Shown: piece after piece, positions 1 through 8,273 of the stretch | How the letters are laid out: each line of letters begins with the position of its first letter | How positions within the stretch are numbered: position 1 is the stretch's first letter | Source of the DNA: Bacteroidota bacterium | GTDB lineage: Bacteria; Bacteroidota; Bacteroidia; Bacteroidales; VadinHA17 | Length of the DNA stretch: 35,038 nucleotides | NCBI GenBank assembly: GCA_034659155.1 | Contig: JAYEGO010000328.1 | Coordinates: forward strand, 1-35,038 | Direction: 5' to 3' | Program-made: the position numbers and the translations under genes | The notes under the pieces: model-generated | The model's input: only the letters and a program-made list of their open reading frames with translations | Told to the model about the DNA's origin: nothing | Database searches by the model: none

Positions 1-1
1 A

Positions 2-316
2 GGGGGAATTTTTCTATTCCTTGGAGGCCTGGGAATTGTAAGAATGCCGGATGCCTATAATCGTTTGCAGGCAGGTACAAAAGCTACTACCCTTGGAGGT
101 ATGAGCCTGATACTCGGAGTTGGCCTGATGGAAACTTCCTGGCTGATAAAAGCTATGGTGATTATTATATTTATTGCTTTTTCCAACCCAATTAGCTCGC
201 ATGCTCTTGCCAGGGCAAATTATAAGCGCAAGAACTTTCCTTACCTGAAAAATGAAAAAGGAGTGGATGCTTATCAGGAGGCTTATTTAAATGAAAACAA
301 GGAGGAACAATCATGA
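2..316 (+). CDS. Mrp/Mnh antiporter subunit G-like membrane protein (MbxC/MbhC-type), 5' end outside the window
   Basis: The frame is open from the window edge (GGIFLFLGGLGIVRMPDAYNRLQAGTKATTLGGMSLILGVGL). This matches the MnhG/PhaG signature G-x-x-R-x-PD-x-Y-x-R-L-x-A...T-x-G. The stop overlaps the next start (ATGA at 313-316). Confidence 0.8.
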   Translation, partial: GGIFLFLGGLGIVRMPDAYNRLQAGTKATTLGGMSLILGVGLMETSWLIKAMVIIIFIAFSNPISSHALARANYKRKNFPYLKNEKGVDAYQEAYLNENKEEQS

Positions 317-585
317 TTATATACTTGATATTTCTATTTATACTGTTGGCCCTGATGGTTGGAGCTGCAGTTTATTCTATTCTACAAAAAGATCTTCTTT
401 ATGCAGTGATAGGAACCGGGGTTATTAGCCTTGTGCTTTCGGTTTTATTTTTCATACTTCAGGCACCAGATGTAGCACTTACTGAAGCAGCCATTGGGGT
501 AGCTCTTACAACCATTATCTTCATTATAACCATAAGAAATACGGTTAGATATGAAGATGAACGTGACCGGAAGGAAAATAAATAA
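313..585 (+). CDS. DUF4040 / MbhD-MbxD-type small membrane subunit (MrpB N-terminal-like)
   Basis: 90 aa with about 3 TM helices. The motif LQAPDVALTEAAIGVALTT is typical of DUF4040. The start is translationally coupled to the previous gene. Confidence 0.75.
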   Translation: MIIYLIFLFILLALMVGAAVYSILQKDLLYAVIGTGVISLVLSVLFFILQAPDVALTEAAIGVALTTIIFIITIRNTVRYEDERDRKENK

Positions 586-601
586 TTAAAAATCAGATAA
601 G

Positions 602-1297
602 GTGAAAAAAGTACTGGTTCTATTGCTTTTAGTTGTTTTTGGGGTTTATCTGGCAGATGTGTTGTTCAGCCTGGAATTTGGCAAACAGTTTTTTACAGAT
701 GGGGTAAAGGATTTTTATCTTACAAAAGGCCCTATGGATTTGAAAGTTTCCAACACTATTACAGCTATCATTGTAAACTTCAGAGGTTTTGACACCCTGG
801 GTGAGGTTACTGTTTTGTTTCTAGCTACCACCGCAATGGGGGGTATCTTATATAAGAAAAGACATAAAGTAGGGGCGCGCACGGTTTTATTTCCTTCCAG
901 CCAAATTGTAATGGCAGGTTCAAAAATTTTGTTTCCGGCCATCATACTTTTAGGAATATATGTATTTGTGCACGGCCATCTTACTCCCGGGGGTGGATTT
1001 CAGGGGGGAACTATAGTTGCCACAGGATTTTTATTGATGCTATTGGCATACCAGGATTATACTGTAAGTCACAAAGTTTTGACCATAGTAGAATCATTTG
1101 CCGGAATCACTTTTGTGGTAATTGGTTTAATGGGGCTGATAAAAGGAAGCACTTTTCTTGAAAATTTCATGCCGGTGGGAAGCTTGAATAATTTATTCAG
1201 CGGAGGCCTTATTCCTATTATTTATATTGTTGTTGGACTTAAAGTAGGTGCAGAGCTATCCGGCTTGATATATACTGCCTTGCACGAAAAAGATTAA
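602..1297 (+). CDS. MnhB/MrpB-domain membrane subunit (MbxF-type)
   Basis: GTG start. ITAIIVNFRGFDTLGEVTVLF is the hallmark of the MnhB domain. The protein is polytopic. Confidence 0.8.
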   Translation: MKKVLVLLLLVVFGVYLADVLFSLEFGKQFFTDGVKDFYLTKGPMDLKVSNTITAIIVNFRGFDTLGEVTVLFLATTAMGGILYKKRHKVGARTVLFPSSQIVMAGSKILFPAIILLGIYVFVHGHLTPGGGFQGGTIVATGFLLMLLAYQDYTVSHKVLTIVESFAGITFVVIGLMGLIKGSTFLENFMPVGSLNNLFSGGLIPIIYIVVGLKVGAELSGLIYTALHEKD

Positions 1298-1301
1298 GGA
1301 T

Positions 1302-1715
1302 ATGGATCAAATAAATTTTGATATTAGCATTGTAGAGTATGGCTTTTTTATCTCAGCTGTCCTGGTAATACTAATTGGACTGTATGGAGCGTTGGTAAAA
1401 AAATCCCTGATTAAAATTGTTATCGGACTCTCTATCCTTGAATCCGGGGTTAATCTTCTGTTAATAACAATTGGTTATATCCAGGGAGGTACTGCTCCTG
1501 TTTTTTCGCCACAACTACTTAAGGATATGCCCTTAACATTTGAAAATATTAGAAACCTTGGAAATGAAATGGTAGATCCTGTTCCTCAAGCCCTGGTATT
1601 GACAGCCATTGTAATTGGCTTTGGAGTAACAGCTGTTGCTCTTGCCCTGGTAATCAGGTTATACAGGCATCATCATACACTTGTTATTGACGAAATAAAG
1701 AATTTAAAATGGTAG
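1302..1715 (+). CDS. MnhC/NuoK-like membrane subunit (MbxG-type)
   Basis: 137 aa with 3 TM helices. LIGLYGALVKKSLIKIVIGLSILESGVNLLLITIGY resembles the MnhC/NuoK family, including the intramembrane Glu. Confidence 0.8.
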   Translation: MDQINFDISIVEYGFFISAVLVILIGLYGALVKKSLIKIVIGLSILESGVNLLLITIGYIQGGTAPVFSPQLLKDMPLTFENIRNLGNEMVDPVPQALVLTAIVIGFGVTAVALALVIRLYRHHHTLVIDEIKNLKW

Positions 1716-3202
1716 GAAGCCCTATTCTTTTTGTGGCCGTTCCCCTGTTGGCGGCATTTCTGATTCCCCTGCTCGGTTTTATCTGGAAAGAGCTGGTGCG
1801 AATAGTTCCCGGAATCGTGCTTTTGTATTTATTGATATTATCTGTTAGCCTTTACATCCAGGTACTTCAGGATGGGACTATTGTTGAACAAATTGGTGGC
1901 TGGGCTCCTCCCTGGGGAATAAACCTGGTTTTTAGTCCTTTTACAGGCTTGCTGACTACTTTAATGTTATTCCTTGCCTTTATCATCTGGATGTATAGCT
2001 ACCGTTTTAAGAATGTTGATTTTGAGCCATCAAAAAAATATTTTATTCTCCTGTTAATGCTGGTTACCGGTTCCATAGGAATTGTGCTTACCGGAGACAT
2101 TTTTAACCAGTTTGTGTTTATAGAAATTATGAGCATTTCGGGATATGCCCTTACGGCTTTTTATACAGGTCGTGACAGTGCAGAAGCATCTTTTAAATAC
2201 TTAATAATGGGTTCATTATCAGGTATGTTCTTACTCCTGGCCATTATTCTAATATACTCTCAACTTGGAACTTTAAATATGGCTGAAATTGCTTCTAAAG
2301 CACATTTAATGAAGCCGGAATTCAGAGTTCTTGCTTTAGTATTTTTTATCGTGGGCATGGGAATTGAAGCTGAAATATTTCCACTCAATGGCTGGGCTCC
2401 TGATGCGTATTCACAAGCTCCCGGACCAATTGGAGCCGCTTTTTCTGGGATTGTAGTCAAAGCTGGAATTTATTCCATTATCAGGGTAACTTTTACTCTT
2501 TTCGATGTTGAAGGTTCCATGCAATTCCTTGTACTGATGGGAATGATTACCCTGGTGGTAGCAGAAATAGCTGCCATAAAGCAGGATAAAATAAAAAGAA
2601 TGCTTGCTTATTCCAGCATTGGCCAGATGGGGCTGGTTCTTGTAGCCTTCGGCATTGGTACTGAAGAAGGTGTTTTTGCCGCTTTATTTTTAATGGTAAA
2701 TCATGCCCTCATTAAGCCTCTTCTGTTTCTTTCCGGTAGTTACCTTGTATTTAACTCTACGGAAAAAAACATACGTGAGCTTAGTGGCCTGGGGAAATAT
2801 TTGCCGCTTACATCTTTCTTGTTTGCCCTGGGAGCTATTGCCATTGTGGGGATGCCGCCATTGTCGGGTTTTTGGGCTAAATGGTCTATGCTTACAGCTG
2901 CAGCAAATTCAAATATGATCCTGGTCATTGGACTTGTATTGATGGTTAGTATCGTAGAAATTGTTTATTACTTCAGGGTGGTTAACCGCATCTATTTCTT
3001 CAAGAAGGAAGAAGATGTTGAACCAAAAAAACCCACTTTAAATGCAATGGCATCCATGATTGTACTGGGGATTCTTATTGTTGCCATTGGGTTTTATCCT
3101 GATCTCATTACCTCTTATCTGCATGAAGCTTCAGAAAGTTTAATGGATAAGGGAAAATATATTCAAGATGTTCTTTCTGCAGGACAGTCAATAATTCAAT
3201 AA
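1709..3202 (+). CDS. Antiporter-like proton/sodium-pumping subunit 1 (MnhD/NuoN/HyfB family; MbxH-like)
   Basis: 497 aa, polytopic. Family motifs: EAEIFPLNGWAPDAY, KRMLAYSSIGQMG, HALIKPLLFL, MPPLSGFWAKW. The start overlaps the previous stop by 7 nt. Confidence 0.85.
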   Translation: MVGSPILFVAVPLLAAFLIPLLGFIWKELVRIVPGIVLLYLLILSVSLYIQVLQDGTIVEQIGGWAPPWGINLVFSPFTGLLTTLMLFLAFIIWMYSYRFKNVDFEPSKKYFILLLMLVTGSIGIVLTGDIFNQFVFIEIMSISGYALTAFYTGRDSAEASFKYLIMGSLSGMFLLLAIILIYSQLGTLNMAEIASKAHLMKPEFRVLALVFFIVGMGIEAEIFPLNGWAPDAYSQAPGPIGAAFSGIVVKAGIYSIIRVTFTLFDVEGSMQFLVLMGMITLVVAEIAAIKQDKIKRMLAYSSIGQMGLVLVAFGIGTEEGVFAALFLMVNHALIKPLLFLSGSYLVFNSTEKNIRELSGLGKYLPLTSFLFALGAIAIVGMPPLSGFWAKWSMLTAAANSNMILVIGLVLMVSIVEIVYYFRVVNRIYFFKKEEDVEPKKPTLNAMASMIVLGILIVAIGFYPDLITSYLHEASESLMDKGKYIQDVLSAGQSIIQ

Positions 3203-3213
3203 GCCAATAGAAG

Positions 3214-5064
3214 ATGAACAGTATAGTTTTAATATTTGGTATATTTCTGGGTGGAGCAATCCTCACTTACCTTGCTCATAAGCTTTCGTATATTTTAAGC
3301 AGTGCATTTTTTGTTTTAACAATTTTTACGGCAGCTGCTCTATTTTTTTTGAAAGTGGAAATAGGAGATGTTTTTTCATTTTCCCTTAATGGTTTATACC
3401 TGGAATGGGGTATTACCCCTTTTAGCTGGATTTTCACTCTCATTGTACTTGGGTTGGGAACCATGGCTGCAGTGTATAGTGTTTCCTTTATGAAAGGGAA
3501 AGACCGGCTGGGATATTTTTATTTCAATTTTATTCTTGGCATTTTTTCCATGATGGGTATCCTGTTAAGCAGGGATCTGGTTTCTTTTTTCATTTTCTGG
3601 GAAATTATGACCTGGTCTTCATACATGATTGTTGTTTATGAAGGTAAATCGGTACAGAAGACTGGCATTAAATATATATTTTTCAGTGCTGTAGGTGCCT
3701 ATGCCATGCTAATGGCTATTGTTATAAGTTATGGCCAAATTCACAGTGTACTTATAGAAGACTTAATTTACTCGTTTTCATCATTTTCATTATCCTATCA
3801 AATCTGGCTACCTCTGTTATTCCTAACAGGGTTTGGTGTAAAAGCTGCCATGATGCCTTTACATGTTTGGGCTCCAGGAGCTTATAGTCACTCCCCAATG
3901 GCATATACATCAGTGTTTTCCGGAGCACTCTCAAAAATGGGCGTATATGGTATGGTACTGGTTTTCGCAAGCCTTCTTACGCAACTCCCCGAGCATACAT
4001 TAATTCGGGAAGTCGTAGCCTGGTTAGGTGCTATAACCACTGTTATGGGAACTTTGTGGGCAGTTGCGCAAGACGATGCAAAAAAATTACTGGCTTATTC
4101 TTCAGTTGCCCAGCTAGGTTATATTATTGTTGGGGTAGCAATTGGCACAGAGCTTTCAATGTTGGCAGCAATTTTTATGTCAGTGCTTCATGCATTATTT
4201 AAGGGAACCCTGTTTATGGTTGTTGGGGCTATTGAAAAACAAACCGGCACTACCAACTTAACTGAAGTAACCGGGCTGATAAGAAAAATGCCATGGACAT
4301 TTATTGCCGCCCTGATGTCTATCATTGCCCTGGCAGGAATTCCTCCTCTTGGTGGTTTTGTCGGCAAATGGATGCTTTACGAGTCATTGATAGGAAGTGA
4401 TCATTATATTCTGGTAATACTCATATTTTTTGCCAGTACTGCAGGGTTCCTTTATTGCTATAAATTCTTGTTTGGATTCTTCCTCGGACAGGAGGAAAAA
4501 GAATGGGATCATGTAAAAGAAGCTCCTGCCTCTATGGTAATACCCATGCTTATTCTTTCTTTCTTTTCTTTTTTATTGGGAACCTTCCCAGGCCTGATAT
4601 TAAAACCTATAGATCAGGGAATGCAAAGCCTGGGCTACGCTGCTACAGAAGGTCATTATTGGGATATGTCTGTTTTATTTAATGAATGGGGAAATGCTGT
4701 GATGCTTCAACCAATTCTCTATGCAATTATGGCCGTATTCCTTTTCTTTTTGATCTTTTTAACTCTTAAAAGTTTTAAAGGAACAAGGTATGTAACTACT
4801 AAAGATATCAGTAGTTCAGGTGAAGTTCCGGGAGAATTTGAAAATCTTTCTTTTAAAGAAAACTTTTTTCAGCCATTCTTACGTGCAGTGGAACCTGTAA
4901 TGAAAAAGCAAATTGACAAGTATTATACAGCTATTGGAAACGGAATTGAAGCCTTTTTTAACTATGCCAGGCGAGTTTATAGTGGCAATGGACAAACCTA
5001 TGCCATCTATGTTATTGTTTTCCTTGTGATCTTATTGTTATTTAAGAGCAATTTGTTTGGATAA
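3214..5064 (+). CDS. Antiporter-like pumping subunit 2 with C-terminal extension (NuoL/MnhA/MnhD family; MbxH'-like)
   Basis: 616 aa. Motifs: VKAAMMPLHVWAPGAY, KKLLAYSSVAQLGY, HALFKGTLFM, IPPLGGFVGKW. The C-terminus has one TM helix, then about 70 polar/amphipathic residues, then a final TM helix. Confidence 0.85.
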   Translation: MNSIVLIFGIFLGGAILTYLAHKLSYILSSAFFVLTIFTAAALFFLKVEIGDVFSFSLNGLYLEWGITPFSWIFTLIVLGLGTMAAVYSVSFMKGKDRLGYFYFNFILGIFSMMGILLSRDLVSFFIFWEIMTWSSYMIVVYEGKSVQKTGIKYIFFSAVGAYAMLMAIVISYGQIHSVLIEDLIYSFSSFSLSYQIWLPLLFLTGFGVKAAMMPLHVWAPGAYSHSPMAYTSVFSGALSKMGVYGMVLVFASLLTQLPEHTLIREVVAWLGAITTVMGTLWAVAQDDAKKLLAYSSVAQLGYIIVGVAIGTELSMLAAIFMSVLHALFKGTLFMVVGAIEKQTGTTNLTEVTGLIRKMPWTFIAALMSIIALAGIPPLGGFVGKWMLYESLIGSDHYILVILIFFASTAGFLYCYKFLFGFFLGQEEKEWDHVKEAPASMVIPMLILSFFSFLLGTFPGLILKPIDQGMQSLGYAATEGHYWDMSVLFNEWGNAVMLQPILYAIMAVFLFFLIFLTLKSFKGTRYVTTKDISSSGEVPGEFENLSFKENFFQPFLRAVEPVMKKQIDKYYTAIGNGIEAFFNYARRVYSGNGQTYAIYVIVFLVILLLFKSNLFG

Positions 5065-5079
5065 AAAAAATTAAAATAC

Positions 5080-5991
5080 ATGGAGTCTATGGTATATAAT
5101 ATTGCAGGAGCCCTTGTTACACTTATTCTTGCATTTGTAGTTGGAATGACCTACATGGGGCTTAGCCGGAAGATTACGGCAAGAATTCAAAACAGATATG
5201 GCCCTCCATTTTATCAAAATTTCATTGATGCTGTAAAACTCTTATCTAAGAGTACAGCAATTCATCATGGATTAATGCAACACATGGGACCGGCATTTAT
5301 TATGGTTACTTCAGTGTTATCCTTGATGATAATCCCGATTTTAAATGGGAATGCATTCTTTACCAATATGAATTTTCATGGGGACCTTATTTTTCTATTA
5401 TATATAATGACTTTTGGTCCACTGGGAATGGCTCTTGGTGCAGGTCAAACAGGGAATCCTAATTCTGCGATAGGTGTAACACGTGGCCTAAGCCAGATGG
5501 TTGGTTTTGAAATACCATGGGTTATGGCCATTATTGCTTTGATGATCCAGTTTGATACCAGCTCTATTGTGGATATTATGGACATTCAGGTTGCATCAGG
5601 GAAATGGATAATGTTTACTTCACCCTTCGCTTTTGTGGCAGCCCTGTTGGCGATGTTCGGGATGTTCCGTTATTCTCCGTTTGACATTGTTGGAGCACCA
5701 ACAGAGCTGGCTTCTGGTCCTGTATCTGAAAATGGAGGGAAGTACCTCTTTACCCTCATGTCAGCAAATTCAATCTTTGCTTTTGCAAAACTCACATTGT
5801 ATGTAAATCTTTTCATGGGAGGTGCTGACAACTTGGTTATACTACTAGTAAAAACATTTGCCCTGTATATGATTCCTTTACTTTATGGTACGGTAAATCC
5901 ACGATACAGAACAGAACAGGCAGTCAGATATTTTTGGGGATGGCCCAGTTTTTTTGGCTTGCTGGCAATTCTTTACGCTGTTTTTTTATAA
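5080..5991 (+). CDS. NuoH/HycD/MbhM-like membrane subunit (MbxM-type)
   Basis: RKITARIQNRYGPPFYQNFIDAVKLLSK is the conserved N-terminal NuoH/ND1 motif. About 8 TM helices. Confidence 0.85.
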   Translation: MESMVYNIAGALVTLILAFVVGMTYMGLSRKITARIQNRYGPPFYQNFIDAVKLLSKSTAIHHGLMQHMGPAFIMVTSVLSLMIIPILNGNAFFTNMNFHGDLIFLLYIMTFGPLGMALGAGQTGNPNSAIGVTRGLSQMVGFEIPWVMAIIALMIQFDTSSIVDIMDIQVASGKWIMFTSPFAFVAALLAMFGMFRYSPFDIVGAPTELASGPVSENGGKYLFTLMSANSIFAFAKLTLYVNLFMGGADNLVILLVKTFALYMIPLLYGTVNPRYRTEQAVRYFWGWPSFFGLLAILYAVFL

Positions 5992-6002
5992 AAAGTACAG
6001 AC

Positions 6003-6548
6003 ATGTTTAACGATAAGAATTCTCAAAAAATAGTTGATATCATCCAGAATCATGCCAGGAAACATTCCCTCTGGGTCTTGGCTTATGGTACAGGTTGTGG
6101 TGCTATTGAAATACCTCCTACCATGACTTCGAGGTATGATGCTGAACGATTGGGTGTGAGGGGAGCTGCCACACCAAGACAGGCTGATCTTTTGCTGATT
6201 ACAGGATATCTGACTACTAAAACTCTGAAAAGGGTTATTCGTGTTTATGAGCAAATGCAAGATCCCAAATATGTGATTGGATTCGGTTCCTGTACTATTA
6301 ATGGTGGTATGTATTATGATTCTTATAACACCATAAATGCATTGGATCGCTACCTTCCTGTAGATGTTTATATAAATGGTTGTATGCCGCGACCCGAAGC
6401 AGTGATTGCAGGTTTTGGCATGCTGCAGGAATTAATTGCTGCAGGAAAAGCCAATGGCGCCACGAAGTATAAAGAAAATCTTGACTGGTATCGTAAAAAC
6501 CAGCTGAAAGTGATCCCCAACTGGGTGATGCCTGAGTATAACTGGTAG
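6003..6548 (+). CDS. NuoB / [NiFe]-hydrogenase small-subunit-like Fe-S protein with only three Cys (MbxJ-type)
   Basis: Motifs GTGCGAIE (canonical GLACCAVE), GFGSCTINGG and INGCMPRPE. The start is taken at the ATG at 6003, just after the NuoH-like stop; the ORF-track start at 5934 overlaps that gene by 58 nt. Confidence 0.85.
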   Translation: MFNDKNSQKIVDIIQNHARKHSLWVLAYGTGCGAIEIPPTMTSRYDAERLGVRGAATPRQADLLLITGYLTTKTLKRVIRVYEQMQDPKYVIGFGSCTINGGMYYDSYNTINALDRYLPVDVYINGCMPRPEAVIAGFGMLQELIAAGKANGATKYKENLDWYRKNQLKVIPNWVMPEYNW

Positions 6549-6589
6549 GAAATATTATTAATAAGAACTTGTTCTAAAACAGACAAGGA

Positions 6590-7156
6590 ATGAAAGAGAA
6601 AAAAGCGAAACTAATTGAGCAGGTAAAAAGTCATTTTTCCGCAGCAAGCGAAAATAATTTTGATTATAACCGGCTCGATTTTACAATCAATAAGGAGGCC
6701 GTATCGTCTATTTTATTTTACTTAAAAGAAGAAATGGGATACGTCCATCTTTCTCATATTAGCTGTGTAGACTGGATTGAGGAAGAAGAATTTGAGTTGG
6801 TTTTTATCATCTGGTCACCTGTTGATAGAATAAAAGTATTCATTCATACCCGTATTGACAGGAATAATCCTGTAATGGATAATCTTGATATGATCTGGAG
6901 GCAGGCTAATACTTATGAACGGGAGATAAAAGAAATGTATGGCATTGAATTTCCCGGATTGGAGGCTCCGGCCGATTTTCTGCTTGAAGATTGGAATGGG
7001 ATGCCTCCAATGCGCAGGGATTTTGATTCGCTGGCTTATGCTAAAGACACATTTTATGATCGCCCCGGAAGGGAAGATGCCAGGGATGTCAGGGAAGAAA
7101 TTGCGCGTCGCTCCGGAGAAGAGATACCTGATTTTGCAAAAAAATATTCCAGATAA
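6590..7156 (+). CDS. NuoC/30-kDa-subunit-like protein (MbxK-type)
   Basis: WRQANTYEREIKEMYGIEFPGLEAP matches the NuoC signature ERE-x2-(D/E)M-x-GI-x-F. The stop abuts the next ATG. Confidence 0.85.
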   Translation: MKEKKAKLIEQVKSHFSAASENNFDYNRLDFTINKEAVSSILFYLKEEMGYVHLSHISCVDWIEEEEFELVFIIWSPVDRIKVFIHTRIDRNNPVMDNLDMIWRQANTYEREIKEMYGIEFPGLEAPADFLLEDWNGMPPMRRDFDSLAYAKDTFYDRPGREDARDVREEIARRSGEEIPDFAKKYSR

Positions 7157-8260
7157 ATGAGAGAAAAAGCAACAACCTTATATATCGGGCCACAGCACCC
7201 GGGGATTACTGGAAATATGATGGTTCGCCTGAAGGTGGAAGGAGATACTATTGTTAAAGCTACCACAGAAGTAGGTTATCTTCATCGTTCCTTTGAGAAA
7301 TTAGCTGAAAAGAGAAACTGGTTGCAAACCTTTACTTTAATGTGCAGGTTTTGCGTTCCTGAACCTGACCCGGTTGAAGAAACTTATTCGCGTGCCGTTG
7401 AACTGCTGGAAGGACGTTCTGTTCCTGAGAAGGCTAAATTTTTACGTGTACTGGTACTGGAATTAGCCAGGATTTCTTCCTATCTTCTTTGGTATGGTGG
7501 ACAGGGAGCCTCCCTGGGTCTGTATACTATCGGCCAGTGGAGTGTTGGAGATCGAAATTATATCCTGGATCTTTTTGAAGAACTTACAGGTGCCAGGATA
7601 TATCATATGTTTATCTGGCCGGGAGGCGTACGAAGAGATATGCCGGATGGATTTGAAAAAAGGGTATTGAAAACCATGGATTACCTGGAAAGCAGGCTTG
7701 ATGATTATGAAGCCCTTATGTTTGACAATGCCATTTTTAAGAAAAGAACACAGGGCGTAGCTATCATAGATAAAGAAAAGGCCATAGAATGGGGTGTGGT
7801 AGGTCCTCCTTTAAGAGGCTGTGGAATTAAAAGCGATATACGTATTGATGATCCTTATGAGGTGTATGATCAACTTGATTTTGATGTGCCAACTTATGAA
7901 GGAGGAGATATTTGGGCCCGGGCACTTGTACGAAGAGATGAATTAAGACAATCTATTCGAATTGTAAGGCAGGTTATTGCCAAAATGCCCGGAGGTTCTT
8001 ATTATAATAAAGTGCCTAATCCTCAAAAGTGGACAATGCCTAAAGGAGATGCATATGCCCGTACTGAGGCTGTTCGTGGCGAAATAGGTTTTTATGTGGC
8101 CAGTGATGGAGGAACCAATCCCAGGCGTGCTCATATGAGAGGAGCCGCTTATGTTCACGGAATTACCCTGCTTGAAGATATGCTCAAAGGAGCTAACATA
8201 GCAGATGTTTCATCAATAATGAATAGCCTGGGGACTTGTCCACCGGAAATAGAACGCTAA
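7157..8260 (+). CDS. NuoD / group-4 [NiFe]-hydrogenase large-subunit-like catalytic subunit (MbxL-type), incomplete Ni-Fe ligand set
   Basis: IGPQHPGITGN is the N-terminal beta-hairpin motif. LMCRFC (C63, C66; nt 7343-7354) lies where RxCGxC is expected. The C-terminal GTCPPEIER lies where DPCxxCxxR is expected: C361 (nt 8237-8239) is kept and the fourth Cys is replaced by Glu. Confidence 0.85.
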   Translation: MREKATTLYIGPQHPGITGNMMVRLKVEGDTIVKATTEVGYLHRSFEKLAEKRNWLQTFTLMCRFCVPEPDPVEETYSRAVELLEGRSVPEKAKFLRVLVLELARISSYLLWYGGQGASLGLYTIGQWSVGDRNYILDLFEELTGARIYHMFIWPGGVRRDMPDGFEKRVLKTMDYLESRLDDYEALMFDNAIFKKRTQGVAIIDKEKAIEWGVVGPPLRGCGIKSDIRIDDPYEVYDQLDFDVPTYEGGDIWARALVRRDELRQSIRIVRQVIAKMPGGSYYNKVPNPQKWTMPKGDAYARTEAVRGEIGFYVASDGGTNPRRAHMRGAAYVHGITLLEDMLKGANIADVSSIMNSLGTCPPEIER

Positions 8261-8273
8261 AGTTTGTTAAAAT

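Noticed and set aside
5934-6002. Upstream extension of the NuoB-like ORF (ORF-track start at 5934)
   Set aside because: It overlaps the NuoH-like gene by 58 nt and encodes a hydrophobic read-through (MGMAQFFWLAGNSLRCFFIKSTD). ATG 6003 lies just after the NuoH stop and gives a normal NuoB N-terminus.
7157-8260. Calling the operon a membrane-bound [NiFe]-hydrogenase (Mbh/Ech/Hyf type)
   Set aside because: The fourth Ni-Fe cysteine position is Glu, the N-terminal motif lacks the usual RxCGxC...H context, the small subunit has only three Cys, and there are two pump subunits. No hyp or protease genes are in the window. Hydrogenase activity cannot be asserted.
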